Source: Macrostomum lignano (lineage: Eukaryota). From it: a stretch of 64,000 nt of DNA. Position 1 is the stretch's first letter. The number at the start of each line of letters is the position of its first letter. Of this stretch, positions 1-12,801 are shown one piece after another. Made by a program: the position numbers and the translations under genes. The stretch is from positions 1-64,000 of the forward strand of contig NIVC01000617.1 of the NCBI GenBank assembly GCA_002269645.1, given 5' to 3'. A model generated the notes under the pieces. The model ran no database searches. It saw only the letters and a program-made list of their open reading frames with translations, and was not told where the DNA came from.

Positions 1-353
1 GAGCGCATCCGATTCTCACACGCAGCTCATTTTCCATTTTGCAGGCATGATTTTCCTTCCACCTCACAATGTCTCACAAGCACTCACGCACAGCCTCCCA
101 GTTCTCCATCTGCAGCTCAACCCACACACTCTCACTGCACACCGAGGCCCTACAGCTTCCATTCTCGACTGAGATCAACCGCACCCCATTGGCTAAAGAG
201 GCAGCCAGCCAATCACAGCTCTCGCCATCAAAGCAGTCAGTCAGAGACAAGCTCAGCTGACTGGCTCTGATTGGCTGGCCTGAGACTGCAGCACTGGCAC
301 CGCAGCAGAATGCTGCAAAACTTGATGGACACAGCAGCGAACTGCTCACTTAC

Positions 354-923
354 CGCTCGATGTAGCTGGCCAGCTCTGAGTGGCCGCTGAGCCTCGCCAG
401 GTCCAACGCCGTCCGACCCTCGCGATCCTGCAGTCCGAGCAGCCGCGACCTCTTCGAGTTTCCGTGATTCAAGCATTCATTGAATTTAAACTGCCTAAGC
501 AGGTGCAGCAGTGGCTTGGCGATTTCCAGCGTCCAGTCCGCGCCGCCTCCATCAGCGGAGTGGCGCCGTTGTCGTTTCGCAGCCACTTCGCATCGAAAGA
601 CAGCAGCGTCAGCAGACGCAGGTGGTCCTGTCGGGCTGCTAGGTTCGCAGCCGTGTCGCCGTTCGCTGTCAGCCGCCTTGGGGTTCGCGGCCAGCTTAAA
701 TAAGTACAAGATGCACTTTTCAGTGTGCACGGGAGTCTCAGGAGCGTCGGCCACCAGCATGAGGACGGTCCGACGATCTGCATCAGCGCTGGTGACCAGC
801 TGGCGCGTTGCCAGCCGCCGCACCTGGCCGAAGTCACCTCGGATGACGTCGTGGGCGAGAGTCTGGGATCGCTGGTGAGTCTCCGACGCTTGCCCGGTTG
901 CTGGGGTCCGGCTGAGTGAGTTC
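354..923 (-). pseudogene. Unit W: ankyrin-repeat exon ANK-B (frameshifted); gene continues off the left edge
   Basis: Homologous to the ANK-B exons at 10037-10608, 17775-18345 and 22630-23201 (HTEKCILYLF, NGDTAA.LAAR.DHLRLLTLLSFDAKWLRNDNGATPLMEAARTG, ELASYIER). Same CAGTTGCAG acceptor, and donor CG|GTAAGT at 353. It is 570 nt versus 572 in intact copies, with about four single-base indels (two near 860-875, +1 near 637, -1 near 524). Could be a pseudogene or sequencing error. Confidence 0.8.
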
Positions 924-1465
924 CTGCAACTGCAATTGAGGCACCCAATCTGCACATTCAAACATGTGAGTGAGTTCCTAACTGCAATTAAGCACTAAAG
1001 CTGCACATTGAAACATGTGAGTGAGAACCAAAGATATTTTTCAAATGGATTTAAAAAAAATAAATTTCAAATCAAACTGCTACAAAACTTACATTCTTAC
1101 AAAGAACCCTATGTACAATATAAGGTAAAACTTACCTTGTAATCAGAATAGTATATCACCTTAGAGGCCGCACTGCCCATTTTTAAAGACTCGAGCAGTT
1201 AATCAACTGGAAAATCAAAATGCATGAGCAGCTGCGTCAACTCAAACTCAACAGATTATATAGCGGCCTCAGAAGACATTGTCAGAGAGATGCACTGCCT
1301 GCGCCTCATTGGCTGAATGCAAACCCAGTGTCTCTGTTTCTGATTCTCTGCCGTACAGAATGCATACTACTCACGGCAGTAGAAGTTAGATTGTAGATAT
1401 TATTTTCACTTTCGCATAATACTTTTTCTGAATTTCTCTGTTGTAATACATGGCATACAATGATA

Positions 1466-2240
1466 AAACAACAACAACAAAATACGTGCTCCGCGTCACA
1501 GTGCGCGCCTCAAAGGTAGGTCTCGAATGAACGCCCCGCCGCCGACCGAATCTGGGGCGCCGCCGTCAGCCAGCAGGCAGTCGACGAATCGCCGAGTGCG
1601 GGCTTGCCCCCCCCACCGGTAGGGTGCCTGCAGCGTCAATAGCAGCACCTCCTGCATCGGTTGGGAAGTACGTTCGGCTCTGATGATGTGGAATGCAAGC
1701 TGGAGTCGCCGACGGCGCAACAGGTCGCTTGGACGAACCAGGCCGTCATGGTGGTAGAAAGCTGCGTTGGTCACTCGCTCGTTGCCGATCCTGAAGGCAG
1801 CGCTTAGCAGGTCAGCGTGCGCCGCGTCAACTTGTTGCTTGAGCAACTCCATCAGCGTCCAGGTCTCGGCGTTGTACAACAGGACGGTCTCGATCACCGC
1901 CTGGAAAAACGCCACCCTCTGGCGGTCAGGTAGGCCCTTGGATTGCAAGACTGCCCTCACAGAATAAAAGGCAGCCCATGACGTCAAGAACTAGACCGCC
2001 GAGGAAGTCGAACTGCTGACAACACGAAAGCTCCGTCGCCGGGCCATCTGCGCCTTGACTCATAAATGCAACCTCGATGTCGTCCGGCACGCAGGCACAA
2101 CGGTTTTCTGTGTATTGACCACCAGACCGACAGCTTGTACAGTTGTTTCTGGCGCCCTCGACCGTTCAGGACAGCAGGACGAGATCGTCAGCGTAGCCAA
2201 GCACGCTGAGCCGCCTCTATCGTTGACGTCACCGCAACAG
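1466..2240 (-). mobile_element. 5'-truncated, degenerate non-LTR retrotransposon (RTE-like) RT C-terminal fragment
   Basis: Minus strand encodes LSVLGYADDLVLLS (YADD at 2184-2195), GLVVNTQKT, FDFLGG and WAAF...FFQAVIETVLLYNAETWTL, which are typical RT/post-RT motifs of RTE-clade LINEs. It has stops and frameshifts and ends in a short (TTG)n tail near 1466-1480. Confidence 0.8.
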
Positions 2241-5200
2241 TTTTTTTTTAAAATAATAAACGATAAACAAGAATACGTGTCTATTGTGTTGAGAATGCAC
2301 CGTGCCTGGAGTCGCGTGACCGTGTAGAGAGGTGGGTGGATGGACAAGAGACGGGGAGGGAGAGAAGAATGGCAAGCCGAAAAGATGAGAGCGAGGGAGA
2401 AGAATTCTGATGTACCAAATCCTATAATAACTATTATACTATCTAATAGTGCAAGTTTGGTGAAAGCAGGTTTCTAGTTGTGAAATGAGAGAGTATTATA
2501 TTAAAGCCAGCCTGCAAAAGCTTATTAGAGAAACTACCTGGCATATTATTCTGCATTAACTTCATGGCCTAACTAAAAATTATTTTTATAAGCTTCGTTT
2601 TTTAATAGCGTTGCTCACAGAAAAATACGTCTTCTAAATCTGGCTTTACTCAAGTTTACACGGCTTTCAGGAATTAACAAAATATAATTTCATTCTACTG
2701 CAATATAAAATGATGGCGAAGTTTGTTTATTATCCACAGGATTTAAAAAACTACGCCATCAAGAGCAAAAAACGACTGTAAACTCAATGATTGTACGCTC
2801 GTATAGAATTGTTTGGAGATGCAATCAACCGTAGAAACATGTTAACACATGGATCTCATGTAAAAAATGCAATACCCAGTTGACATCGTTTTAAAGAGAA
2901 TTAATTTGACTATTTGAGACGATAATTACATGTACGTCGTACGCCACTCCTCTGCAGAGGACTTGAATCTGAGACTGGGATTAAAGGTGACCCTTAATTA
3001 CCTCCCGTCGCCATCTTTGGTTGTTATCATCTCGGAAGCGTCAGCGCTGGAGGTCGCGGTTCATCACCGGATGATTGCGTCACCAACACCGCGTTTCAGC
3101 AGCCACTCTTGCATCATGCGCATCTTTTATTAGTACATATATATAACTGCCTGTCTGCCTGTTTGTCTTGCTTTATTCTTTTTAAAGGGGCGCAACGTTT
3201 TAATTGCGCTACAACTTTTCAGCAGTTTCTAGAAGAGTCTGTAAGGTGCTCTAGAATCTCCTTAGCAATACTTACTAAATGTCATCTTGCATTTTTAGTA
3301 TGCATCTCTATTGCATGTCTCCAAGAGGCGGGCAGGAGGGGGCATGTCCCTCAGTAAATGCTTCGGGGGGACATTTCAATGCTTTGTCCCCCGTACCAGC
3401 TCTGTGACCTGTTATGTAAATCAAGAATTTTGTTTCAGGGCACCACGGCGCTAAAATGAGTGACTGGGGTCAAAGAAGTTGCGAAACTCGATGCTTATCT
3501 CGTTTCAGAAGACATCAAATGCAGTACAGAATTTCAGTTAGCTGTTCAGGCTCACCGCATCAGCACAAAATCTGCCAACCTGGCTTAACAATAGGCTGAG
3601 CTGCTTCTAAATCTAAAACTGTCCTTCATTCAAAACCAAAGAAATTCAGTTTGCCACTATCTATGCGCTAGTAAATATAGAAACTGAAACACGCAAATGC
3701 AGCAATGCTGTTTATTAAGACGAAGGGGCACATGGCACGCCACAGCAGCTCCAGATTAAAGATTAAATGCAGACTGAAAAATAGATGCAGAAAGACGTAC
3801 AAGTATGACCTTACGAACTCAGAAAAGAGTAAAATGCAGGGCTGAAACAGAATGCGGGCTGTGGTTGATGTGTGGGTGAGAAACTTCAAAAGAAAAGAGC
3901 GGAAAAGAGAGGGAGTGTAACTCGTATATCTAGCAATATTTTTGAAACTGAAAAACAGTTTCTGATAAATTTAGAAAACGAAAGCCAGAGCGTCTATAGA
4001 CGGTGAGTGGAATATTAAAATAGACGATTAGGCACGGACAGAGGTTTTCAAAACAAAATTAAGTTGCCAAATACTTAACATACTACTTATATATGTTATT
4101 AGTCGCAGTTCGTTGCCCTGCATCTTGATGCAGTATCCAGACTGAATATCCAGACCACAGATTATCACCCAGAACGGTCATTCACGGTGACAGCAGTGAC
4201 CGCAGTTTGTGAACAGTGATAAAGTCCTGGCTGCATAGTGCAGGCAACTGTCAGCCAATACATTCGCCAAATTCACTTATTGGTCAATTGAAATCTTCAA
4301 AATCAAAGAATATACAGGAAATCTAGCTAGGTGACATTGTTTCCAACTCTTGTGCATAATTGCTTTCGTTAGCGGTTCTAAAAAACAATTCTTCAACAGC
4401 TGTAGAATAATTGAGTCTAAAACTTTCAATAAATAAGCATGAATAAGAGTTCCGTTGAAAAATTTATATGCTAGTCTCACTTATCGTAAATACAAAGTTT
4501 GTCTGATAATGAATAATGAATTATGATAACGAAATACAACGTAAAGACGAGCTACTCACTAAGCAACATGTTACATTTTCCACCCCCGACACGTGCGACC
4601 AACTTTTCTCACATCTCAGCGGTTTTCCTCTCAACTGTGGGTGATGCAGCTTCCGTCACAAGAAGGCCCCAGTTTATTAACCTGATGAGGAGAGACAGGA
4701 GAGCTATGACCACAGAGTTGGATTAAGCTCGACCACTTTCAGTTCTCATGCAGACCTCATGAACGGGTCTCATAAGCAAAAACGTTCTGAAATTAAAAAT
4801 TTCATGTATGAGTAGATCTCATCTGAGAGTTTTTTCTCTATTTGATATCTATCTCAATTGCTTCGATCCTTTGGCCCTCTTAATACATGTATACGTATTA
4901 TACAGGCTGCCAATCGGGACCCAAAAACCATGCTACTTGTAAATTACTGTATCAAGAGCGAGAACGAGAATTTAATCACCTGTAGCACTGCCTGGAGTTG
5001 TTTCTTGGGCTCTCGGTGGTTGGGTGCTCATATATGGAAATTTCCTTTCTCTTGCTCTCTCACTCTGTCAAGCTTTTGTTTTATTGCTCATCCCAGCAGC
5101 CTATAAAACCGCGAAAAGCACCGCCTATCTGTATGCACCTGGCTCAATGCTAGCTTCTACTTATAAGAACATCGAAATTTTTGCCCTATCGTCCATTTAT

Positions 5201-6094
5201 TTCTTGCATTTTCTGCAAGCCGTTTGCATTTTGCAGCAAATTTGCGAGCCGTACTTGTCCAGCTAGTGTTTCGTTTAGCTATGAGCGTGAGCAGTCCTGC
5301 TCACGGCTCTCTTCATCAGTTTCTCGTACATTTGCACGTGTGTTAATTAACAGAATTCATCAATACACCCTCGCTTTGACCACTGACCAGATGTTCCACC
5401 TTTTCTGCGTAATCTTTCGTCTCTTATGTTTATATCTACGCATATTCCTAAACGTTCTAGTTGTCAATTGCCCATAAAGGAGTCACTAAGCAAACAACCA
5501 GTCCGATTTTGTTTGTAATTCAGTTTTTAGAGACGATAAACCTTTAACTAACTACCAATTTATTGTTCAGAAAACTTGTGATTACCAATTAACTTTAAAA
5601 ACGGTAGTCACGGTGTTAGAAACTTTAAATATAGAAACACAAAAAATAATTAAAAAATCAACCGTAACTGAGTAGCTACAAATTTTAAGCAGATTAACTT
5701 GAGTAGACATTGGAGCAGATCAACAAGTAGCTTACGCGAGCTCTTGAGCTGAAGGGGCAACCCAGCAGTCGGGAAAGCAAAAACTTGAATAAATAATAAA
5801 AAACACGTCGGATCAAAAAAACTTATAAATATATAAAAAATTGCGGCTAAATATGGATAGGCACGGCACACAAAACAGAAAGCTGCAAGTACAGGAAAAG
5901 TTCGGTTGCTTGAGTAAACTGGAGGACAGTGTTTCAGCAGCAAGAGAGATTGTTTGTCAAAAGATAAACATATCGATTACTAATTTTCAGCTAATTTGCG
6001 TGGCTACTGGGCTACGTTACTTTCAATTCTATTCTAACTCTTCTCAAAGCTACTACTTAGCACGTTGCTGAGTGAATATAATAGTGTCGACGTC

Positions 6095-9000
6095 TCAGAA
6101 ACCGCTAAAAAATTTCATTGAGCAGCTTAAACTTTCGAGCTTCTCTGGATCGAAGCTTACAAGGCGTGAAAGCTGGTCGACTTTCTGTGGCACAACATGG
6201 TACAGGTTGTTTTTCACCCGAACCGGGTTTTCCTGCAAGTGGCCGCTCACCTTGGTCATGATGGTACTGAGGTCGAGCTCACGGAAGTTTTCTCGATGAA
6301 ATCGCAAACAGTCTGCACGTACAGCGAACCCGTGTCGATGTTTCTAAAGGCGGCTGAGCCTGGAGTGTTGGCGTAGCAGAGCAGAAAGTCGCTCTCTGCA
6401 GGACGGACCGCGGTGTTGTACACCGGAGCGGGTGCTCGTCCGTTTCCTCGCGAGAATTGGGAGCAACAACAGCGCGGTCGAGACGGCTTCCGCGACAGGC
6501 CTGGATGAAGAACGCCTTCGGCCTGCCTTCAAGTCTGCGGCAGACAGAGCTCTGCGATGCGATGACAGTGGCGGTGAGGTTTTTCGTCTTAGAAACATGG
6601 TATACTGTCTAGTCTCCGCTTCTTTGATGAATTAGATTGAAGGCGTGAGACACGCCTGTTTCAGAACTCAATTCAGAACTCAAAATGAGATTTCGGCTCT
6701 CTCATGCGCTTGTATATTTTTCCGCTAGCGTTCGCTGGCTTCAAGCCCATACCTGTAAAGCGCAAATCCCCCAACATGTCTATGAAAATATTTTACGTTA
6801 ATAAAATGCACTACATGTTTTGTCATCAGTGCCACAAAGTCTACACAGACTTTTGTAAATGCGAAAACGAGTTCCTACACTCAATATTACCTTTCGGCTC
6901 AATACTATACATTTCTATTCAGAGCCCTTTTTAATATTCCTGTCCTTGCTCATATCAAGATAAAAAACTATCAACAGGATATTCTCGGCGATAGCTTACC
7001 TGGAACCTGTCTGTCAGCTTTCGAATTTCGTAGGGACAGCCGTCCCTACCGTAGATGCAGTCGTGGCTGCCGTGCGCCATCAGGAAGCAGACAAAGCTGC
7101 CATGCTCGCAAGGTCCGGTGACTTTTTTATCTCATGGAGGAAATCATCCACCTGCTCAGCGGTAAGATCCTATTTTACCTTGACGATGAAGCGCAGACTC
7201 TCGAATACCTGTTTCACTCGTTCAACATCACGAACTGAACCTTTACGCTCGGTATGACTGAATGTGATGTCACTTCCGGAGTCGTACTTGCTGATGTTGA
7301 TGATCAGGCAGTAGCCTTGCGGGTCCGTCACTGGATAGAAGTCTCCCTCCACCCTGGAATACAGTGAATGCTCAATACATTTTTTACGAGCTCGTACTTT
7401 ACAGCGCAAAACATAAAATTTAGTATCACCTTGACAGCTGATGGCGAGCGGTTTGACACGCATGGCTCCTCCGAAGTCTCCAAAAGTTCTTTTAAGTGAA
7501 AAACAACAATTTGACTATGCTGTTACTGAATATTTGTGGCATGCTTTGCCTGATGACTAAATAAAACTTCGACTCACAGATCTGGTTCCTCATCGCTTGG
7601 TATCTCGTCATCAGCATGGTCTGTAAAAACTTTTCGTCTGAAAAGGTAAAAAAGCCATGCAGTTTTCGTAGCTGTGTGCTGTAGCTGTGTGTTGTAGCTG
7701 TGTGCTGTAGCTGTGTGCTGTAGCTGTGTGCTGTAGCTGTGTGCTGTAGCTGTGTGCTGTAGCTGTGTGCTGTAGCTGTGTGCTGTAGCTGTGTGTGCTG
7801 TAGCTGTGTGTGCTGTAGCTGTGTGCTGTAGCTGTGTGCTGTAGCTGTGTGCTGTAGCTGTGTGCTGTAGCTGTGTGTGCTGTAGCTGTGTGCTGTAGCT
7901 GTGTGTGCTGTAGCTGTGTGCTGTAGCTGTGTGTGCTGTAGCTGTGTGCTGTAGCTGTGTGTGCTGTAGCTGTGTGTGCTGTAGATGTGTGCTGTAGCTG
8001 TGTGCTGTAGCTGTGTGCTGTAGCTGTGTGTGCTGTAGCTGTGTGCTGTAGCTGTGTGTGCTGTAGCTGTGTGTGCTGTAGCTGTGTGCTGTAGCTGTGT
8101 GTGCTGTAGCTGTGTGTGGTGTAGCTGTGTGTGCTGTAGATGTGTGCTGTAGCTGTGTGCTGTAGCTGTGTGCTGTAGCTGTGTGTGCTGTAGCTGTGTG
8201 CTGTAGCTGTGTGTGCTGTAGCTGTGTGCTGTAGCTGTGTGCTGTAGCAGTGTGCTGTAGCTGTGTGTGCTGTAGCTGTGTGTGCTGTAGCTGTGTGCTG
8301 TAGCTGTGTGCTGTAGCTGTGTGTGCTGTAGCAGTGTGCTGTAGCTGTGTGCTGTAGCAGTGTGCTGTAGCTGTGTGCTGTAGCTGTGTGTGCTGTAACT
8401 GTGTGTGCTGTAGCTGTGTGCTGTAGCTGTGTGCTGTAGCTGTGTGTGCTGTAGCTGTGTGCTGTAGCAGTGTGCTGTAGCTGTGTGCTGTAGCAGTGTG
8501 CTGTAGCTGTGTGTTGTAGCTGTGTGCTGTAGCAGTGTGCTGTAGCAGTGTGCTGTAGAAGTGTGTGCTTAGTGTGCAGTGTCTGCGCTTGAGCTGAAGA
8601 AACTCACCGTGGCTCCGAAGACTCGTCAAAGTACTTCTTGCCTTCGTACCTGAAATTGATTTGGATAGTTTGAATCAAGACTTTGGCTGATATTTTGTTT
8701 TCACGTGAGTATTTAGGAACTCAACAGCAGATTTCTGATTTCAAGATGGGATTCAGGGTCTCGAAACAAACTCATTTTTTACATAGATTTTATATTAAGC
8801 CGTAAATTTTGAATTTTATCTTTAAATTGAAGATTTTGCTTAGATTTATCAGCAATAAAGTTATAAAGTTATCAACTGGCAATCTGCAGTCAAACTGCAC
8901 TGCAAACTTCCTCAATGCAGCTCAGTCAGTCCCTGCTGCCCATTTGGACTACAATAATTAAAAAATTCCCACTCAGAGCAACTGCCGTCAGCTGCTCAAT

Positions 9001-10608
9001 ATTCAATCATAAATTACAGCAATAGTGTTTATCAATCGGGATAAATCAAAGTCAAAGAGAAATTCTCAGTCGCCATGGAAACTCACCCACGCAGCAGCTC
9101 AGCCAGTTCGCTCTTTCCCTTCTCTGTGGCCAAATCCAGCGCAGTCTCGCCGTTTATGTCCTTCAGGCTCCAATCCGCCCCTGAGTCCAGCAGAACCCGA
9201 CCGACTGCGGCGGCGGTGGCGGGGGGCGCATGGATGGCTGCCTGCATGAGAGGCGTAGATTCCATTCCACTCGTGGCATTTGCGGAGACTCCGACAGCCA
9301 GCAGAGCGGAGGCTGCGGCAGAATTTCCAGCGCTGGCTGCGTGGTGGAGGCAACTTTTATCATAAAAATCTGCCAATGTAGGGTCTCCCATATGCACCAG
9401 CTGCTCCCACAGAATCTCATCACAGCAGGACCTGTTTTGAGCTGCCCACATCAACGCGGTGCAACCATATTGGTCAGGCAGGTCGCAGCTGCTGCGGGTC
9501 GCCGCTCGCCGCAGCGCCGCCATTAAGCCCTTATCGGCCAGCCGCCGCAGTTCCTGTCGATCCGACTTCTCCTGCAAAGGCGAGTGGGAAATTTGAGCAC
9601 AGCTGCTCAGTTGCAGCTGCATCGCCACTGCAGATGCCACTCACCTTGGCTATCAGGCCGGAGATAAAGCTATGTCTATCCACAACCAGCCGCATCTCCC
9701 TGAAACAGCAGAATTGAGCAGCGAATTTGCAATTTTCTCAAATCTGGCAACTCACATAGCTATATTATAATAAAATTTTATGATAATTTTCATGATATTT
9801 GTCAACAGAAATTCTAAATAATGTGAGCTGCTCGCGAATGGACTTTCCAAGAGCCCTCAAGCACAGCCTCCCAGTTCTCCATCTGCAGCTCAACCCACAC
9901 ACTCTCACTGCACACCGAGGCCCTACAGCTTCCATTCTTGACTGAGATCAACCCGCATCCCGTTGGCTGGAAGGCAGCTCTCGCCCATCAAGCAGTCAGC
10001 CAGAGACAAGCTCAGCTCAGCGAACTGCTCACTCACCGCTCGATGTAGCTGGTCAGCTCTAAGTGGCCGTTGCGCCTCGCCAGGTCCGACGCCGAGTGTA
10101 AATTGCGATCGCACAGTTTGAGTAGCTCCGACCTCTTCGAGTCTTCGTAGATAGTGGACTCATTGAACCTTCTCTGCCTGAGCAGGTGCAGCAGGTGCTT
10201 GGCGCATTTCCAGCTTCCAGTTCGCGCCGCCTCCATCAGCGGAGTGGCGCCGTTGTCGTTCCGCAGCCACTTCGCATCGAACGATAGCAGCGTCAGCAGC
10301 CGCAGGTGGTCCCGCCGGGCTGCCAGGTGCGCAGCCGTGTCGCCGTTCGCGTCAGCCGCCTTGAGGTTAACGCCCTTCTCAAATAAGTACAAGATGCACT
10401 TTTCAGTGTGCACGGGAGTCTCAGGAGCGTCGGCCACCAGCATGAGGACGGTCCGACGATCTGCATCAGCGCTGGTGACCAGCTGGCGCGTTGCCAGCCG
10501 CCGCACCTTGCCGAAGTCACCTCGGCTGACGAGCTGGGCGAGAGTGTGGAGATCGGCTGGTGAGTCTCCGACGCTTGTACGGTTGCTGGGGTCCGGCTGA
10601 GTGAGTTC
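6095..10608 (-). pseudogene. Unit Z: ANK-B + ANK-A + caspase (peptidase C14A); caspase part disrupted
   Basis: GT-AG exons with compatible phases: 10037-10608 (ANK-B), 9645-9699, 9087-9571 (ANK-A), 8608-8649, 7578-7637, 7000-~7488 (p20: GYCLIIN, FLMAHG) and 6095-6551 (KPKAFFIQACRG, p10 SDFLLCYANTPG). There is an in-frame TAG at ~7150 and -1 indels near 7088, 6435 and 6290 relative to unit X. Confidence 0.85.
7666..8560. repeat. 13/15-bp GCTGTAGCTGTGT(GT) tandem repeat in the intron between micro-exon and linker exon of unit Z
   Basis: Directly visible tandem array. The homologous intron in unit X carries a shorter array (21015-21253). Confidence 0.95.
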
Positions 10609-11385
10609 CTGCAACTGCAATGGAGGCACCTGGCTTTTAGAACCAGAAAAAGGGTATAGAACTCCGGGGTATTGTCGTTTTTTATCCTGTTGAATGAGGT
10701 TAAGGATTACACGTCGAAATGGTCGAGGTAGATTCCATGGAAGAGAAATACGTGTCCATTATGAGCGCTACTGTCGCGACTTATAATAAGGATACGGTCT
10801 AAAGCTACAGACCTACAGTTTATAGTTCTTGTTTTACTGCAAATGTACCAACAGCTAATAGTAATTTATTAGCTCACCGTGTTATTCAGAGAGGAGGCCG
10901 CACTGCCCATTATTCGCACTTCAACCAGTTTTTCTCCACTCAGGCCGGAAAGCAAAATGCATGAGCAGTCGACCCTAGGCAACAGATTATATATCGCCCT
11001 CAGAAGACATTGTCAAAGAGATGCCTGATTGGCCTAATGCAAAGCCGGTGCCTCGGTTTAGGGTTTATCTGTCATACAGAATGCATACTACTTACGGCAG
11101 TAGACACCCTCTAGGCAAATGAAGATCATCGTTGCAAAATTATTTTTTATTTCGTACAAATCAACAAATTTTCTGGCTTCTTCCACTAAAATTGCATGAT
11201 TTTTTTTGGTAAATGCAAGACTTACCTTCTAAAAATAAGCACAATGTTTGTAATTAGTGACAGACACACAGAGACTAAGAGCTGAAATAATGGAAATGAG
11301 GAGAGATATGCCTCTAAGGTTTTGTCGTTACGAGTATATACATGCCATTGCTTGAAATGGCGCAAAATGAGTTATTGCATTGCCA

Positions 11386-12140
11386 AAATGAGTGACTGCT
11401 GTGCCAAAATGAGTGACTGCTGTGCCAAAATGAGTAACAGCTGTGCCAAAATGAGTAACAGCTGTGCCAAAATGAGTGACTGCTGTGCCAAAATGAGTGA
11501 CTGCTGTGCCAAAATGAGTAACAGCTGTGCCAAAATGAGTAACAGCTGTGCCAAAATGAGTGACTGCTGTGCCAAAATGAGTGACTGCTGTGCCAAAATG
11601 AGTGACTGCTGTGCTAAAATGAGTGACTGCTGTGCTAAAATGAGTGACTGCTGTGCCAAAATGAGTGACTGCTGTGCCAAAATGAGTGACTGCTGTGCTA
11701 AAATGAGTGACTGCTGTGCTAAAATGAGTGACTGCTGTGCCAAAATGAGTGACTGCTGTGCCAAAATGAGTGACTGCTGTGCCAAAATGAGTGACTGCTG
11801 TGCCAAAATGAGTAACAGCTGTGCCAAAATGAGTAACAGCTGTGCCAAAATGAGTGACTGCTGTGCCAAAATGAGTGACTGCTGTGCCAAAATGAGTGAC
11901 TGCTGTGCTAAAATGAGTGACTGCTGTGCTAAAATGAGTGACTGCTGTGCCAAAATGAGTGACTGCTGTGCCAAAATGAGTGCCTGCTGTGCCAAAATGA
12001 GTGACTGCTGTGCCAAAATGAGTGACTGCTGTGCCAAAATGAGTGCCTGCTGTGCCAAAATGAGTGACTGCTGTGCCAAAATGAGTGACTGCTGTGCCAA
12101 AATGAGTGCCTGCTGTGCTAAAATGAGTGACTGCTGTGCT
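11386..12140. repeat. 21-bp minisatellite (CCAAAATGAGTGACTGCTGTG), about 36 copies
   Basis: Directly visible. Variants AACA and GCCT are interspersed. Confidence 0.97.
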
Positions 12141-12509
12141 GTGCAACAACCCCAGGATTTCCAAAAATATGGGTAACTTTTTGGTTTGGAACTGGTGGCT
12201 TTGCACCCCTTACGCCATAAAGTCCAAGGCAACTCCCCTTCTGCAGCTATATTGTTGGTATAGAAATTTTTTTCAAAAATGCAGGACCCATTAGAAGTAA
12301 TTTTTCTGACTCTGTTTCAGCCGTGTTACCCATAGGCTGTTTTTATTAAAAATCATCAATAACAGTATTCGCATGCATTGCTTCATTACAAAAGACATTT
12401 TGAAAGAGGAGAGGATGCGGAATATGATTTTCATATTCTAGTCTAATCTTTCTTCTGCTTAAGAATTTCTTGGCTATCATAGTACTCGAAATAATCAATA
12501 ATGATTTAT

Positions 12510-12801
12510 TAAACATGCCCTAATGGCCAGATGTGCAACCGACAGCTCAGCCGCAGCTATTGCGCGGCGCATCTGAAGGTTGCGTACGGCTGTTCAATCC
12601 AAGGACTGGGGGGGGGGGGTCGCCACACATACCCTCAATTACCCCAGCTAATGCTCGCACCCATTTTACAGCTGGGTGAACTGAAGCAATGCAGAGTTAG
12701 GTGTCTTGCTCAATGACACAAATTGTTCCGAGTGGGATCAGGAATCGAACCCCCGACCTTCAGCCGTGAGTCCGACGCTGTAACCACTAGGCTACAACCC
12801 C
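12510..12801 (-). mobile_element. tRNA-derived SINE with V/Meta-like core
   Basis: Minus strand begins GGGGTTGTAGCCTAGTGGTTA (A box) and has GGTTCGATTCC (B box). These are followed by GTGTCATTGAGCAAGACACCTAAC...CACCCAGCTGTAAAATGG, resembling the conserved core of V/Meta-type SINEs. A second copy lies at 13870-14010. Confidence 0.7.

Noticed and set aside
2930-3133. GC-rich patch with a donor-like site as first exon of unit W
   Set aside because: No in-frame ATG, the donor phase does not match the phase-0 ANK-B acceptor, and there is no homolog in other units.
7574-8629. 351-aa His/Thr/Ala/Gln-rich ORF
   Set aside because: It is the intronic 13/15-bp repeat. Only its last ~20 codons are the real linker exon.
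11322-12232. Cys-rich (MSDCCAK)n, (VTHFGTA)n and (LILAQQS)n ORFs resembling metallothionein/keratin-associated or antifreeze proteins
   Set aside because: These are open frames produced by a stop-free 21-bp minisatellite. Several frames are open, there is no splice or start context, and the paralogous block has only the seed.
12725-12801. tRNA gene
   Set aside because: A and B boxes are present, but there is no convincing acceptor-stem pairing or poly-T terminator. It continues into a SINE core and has a second decayed copy.
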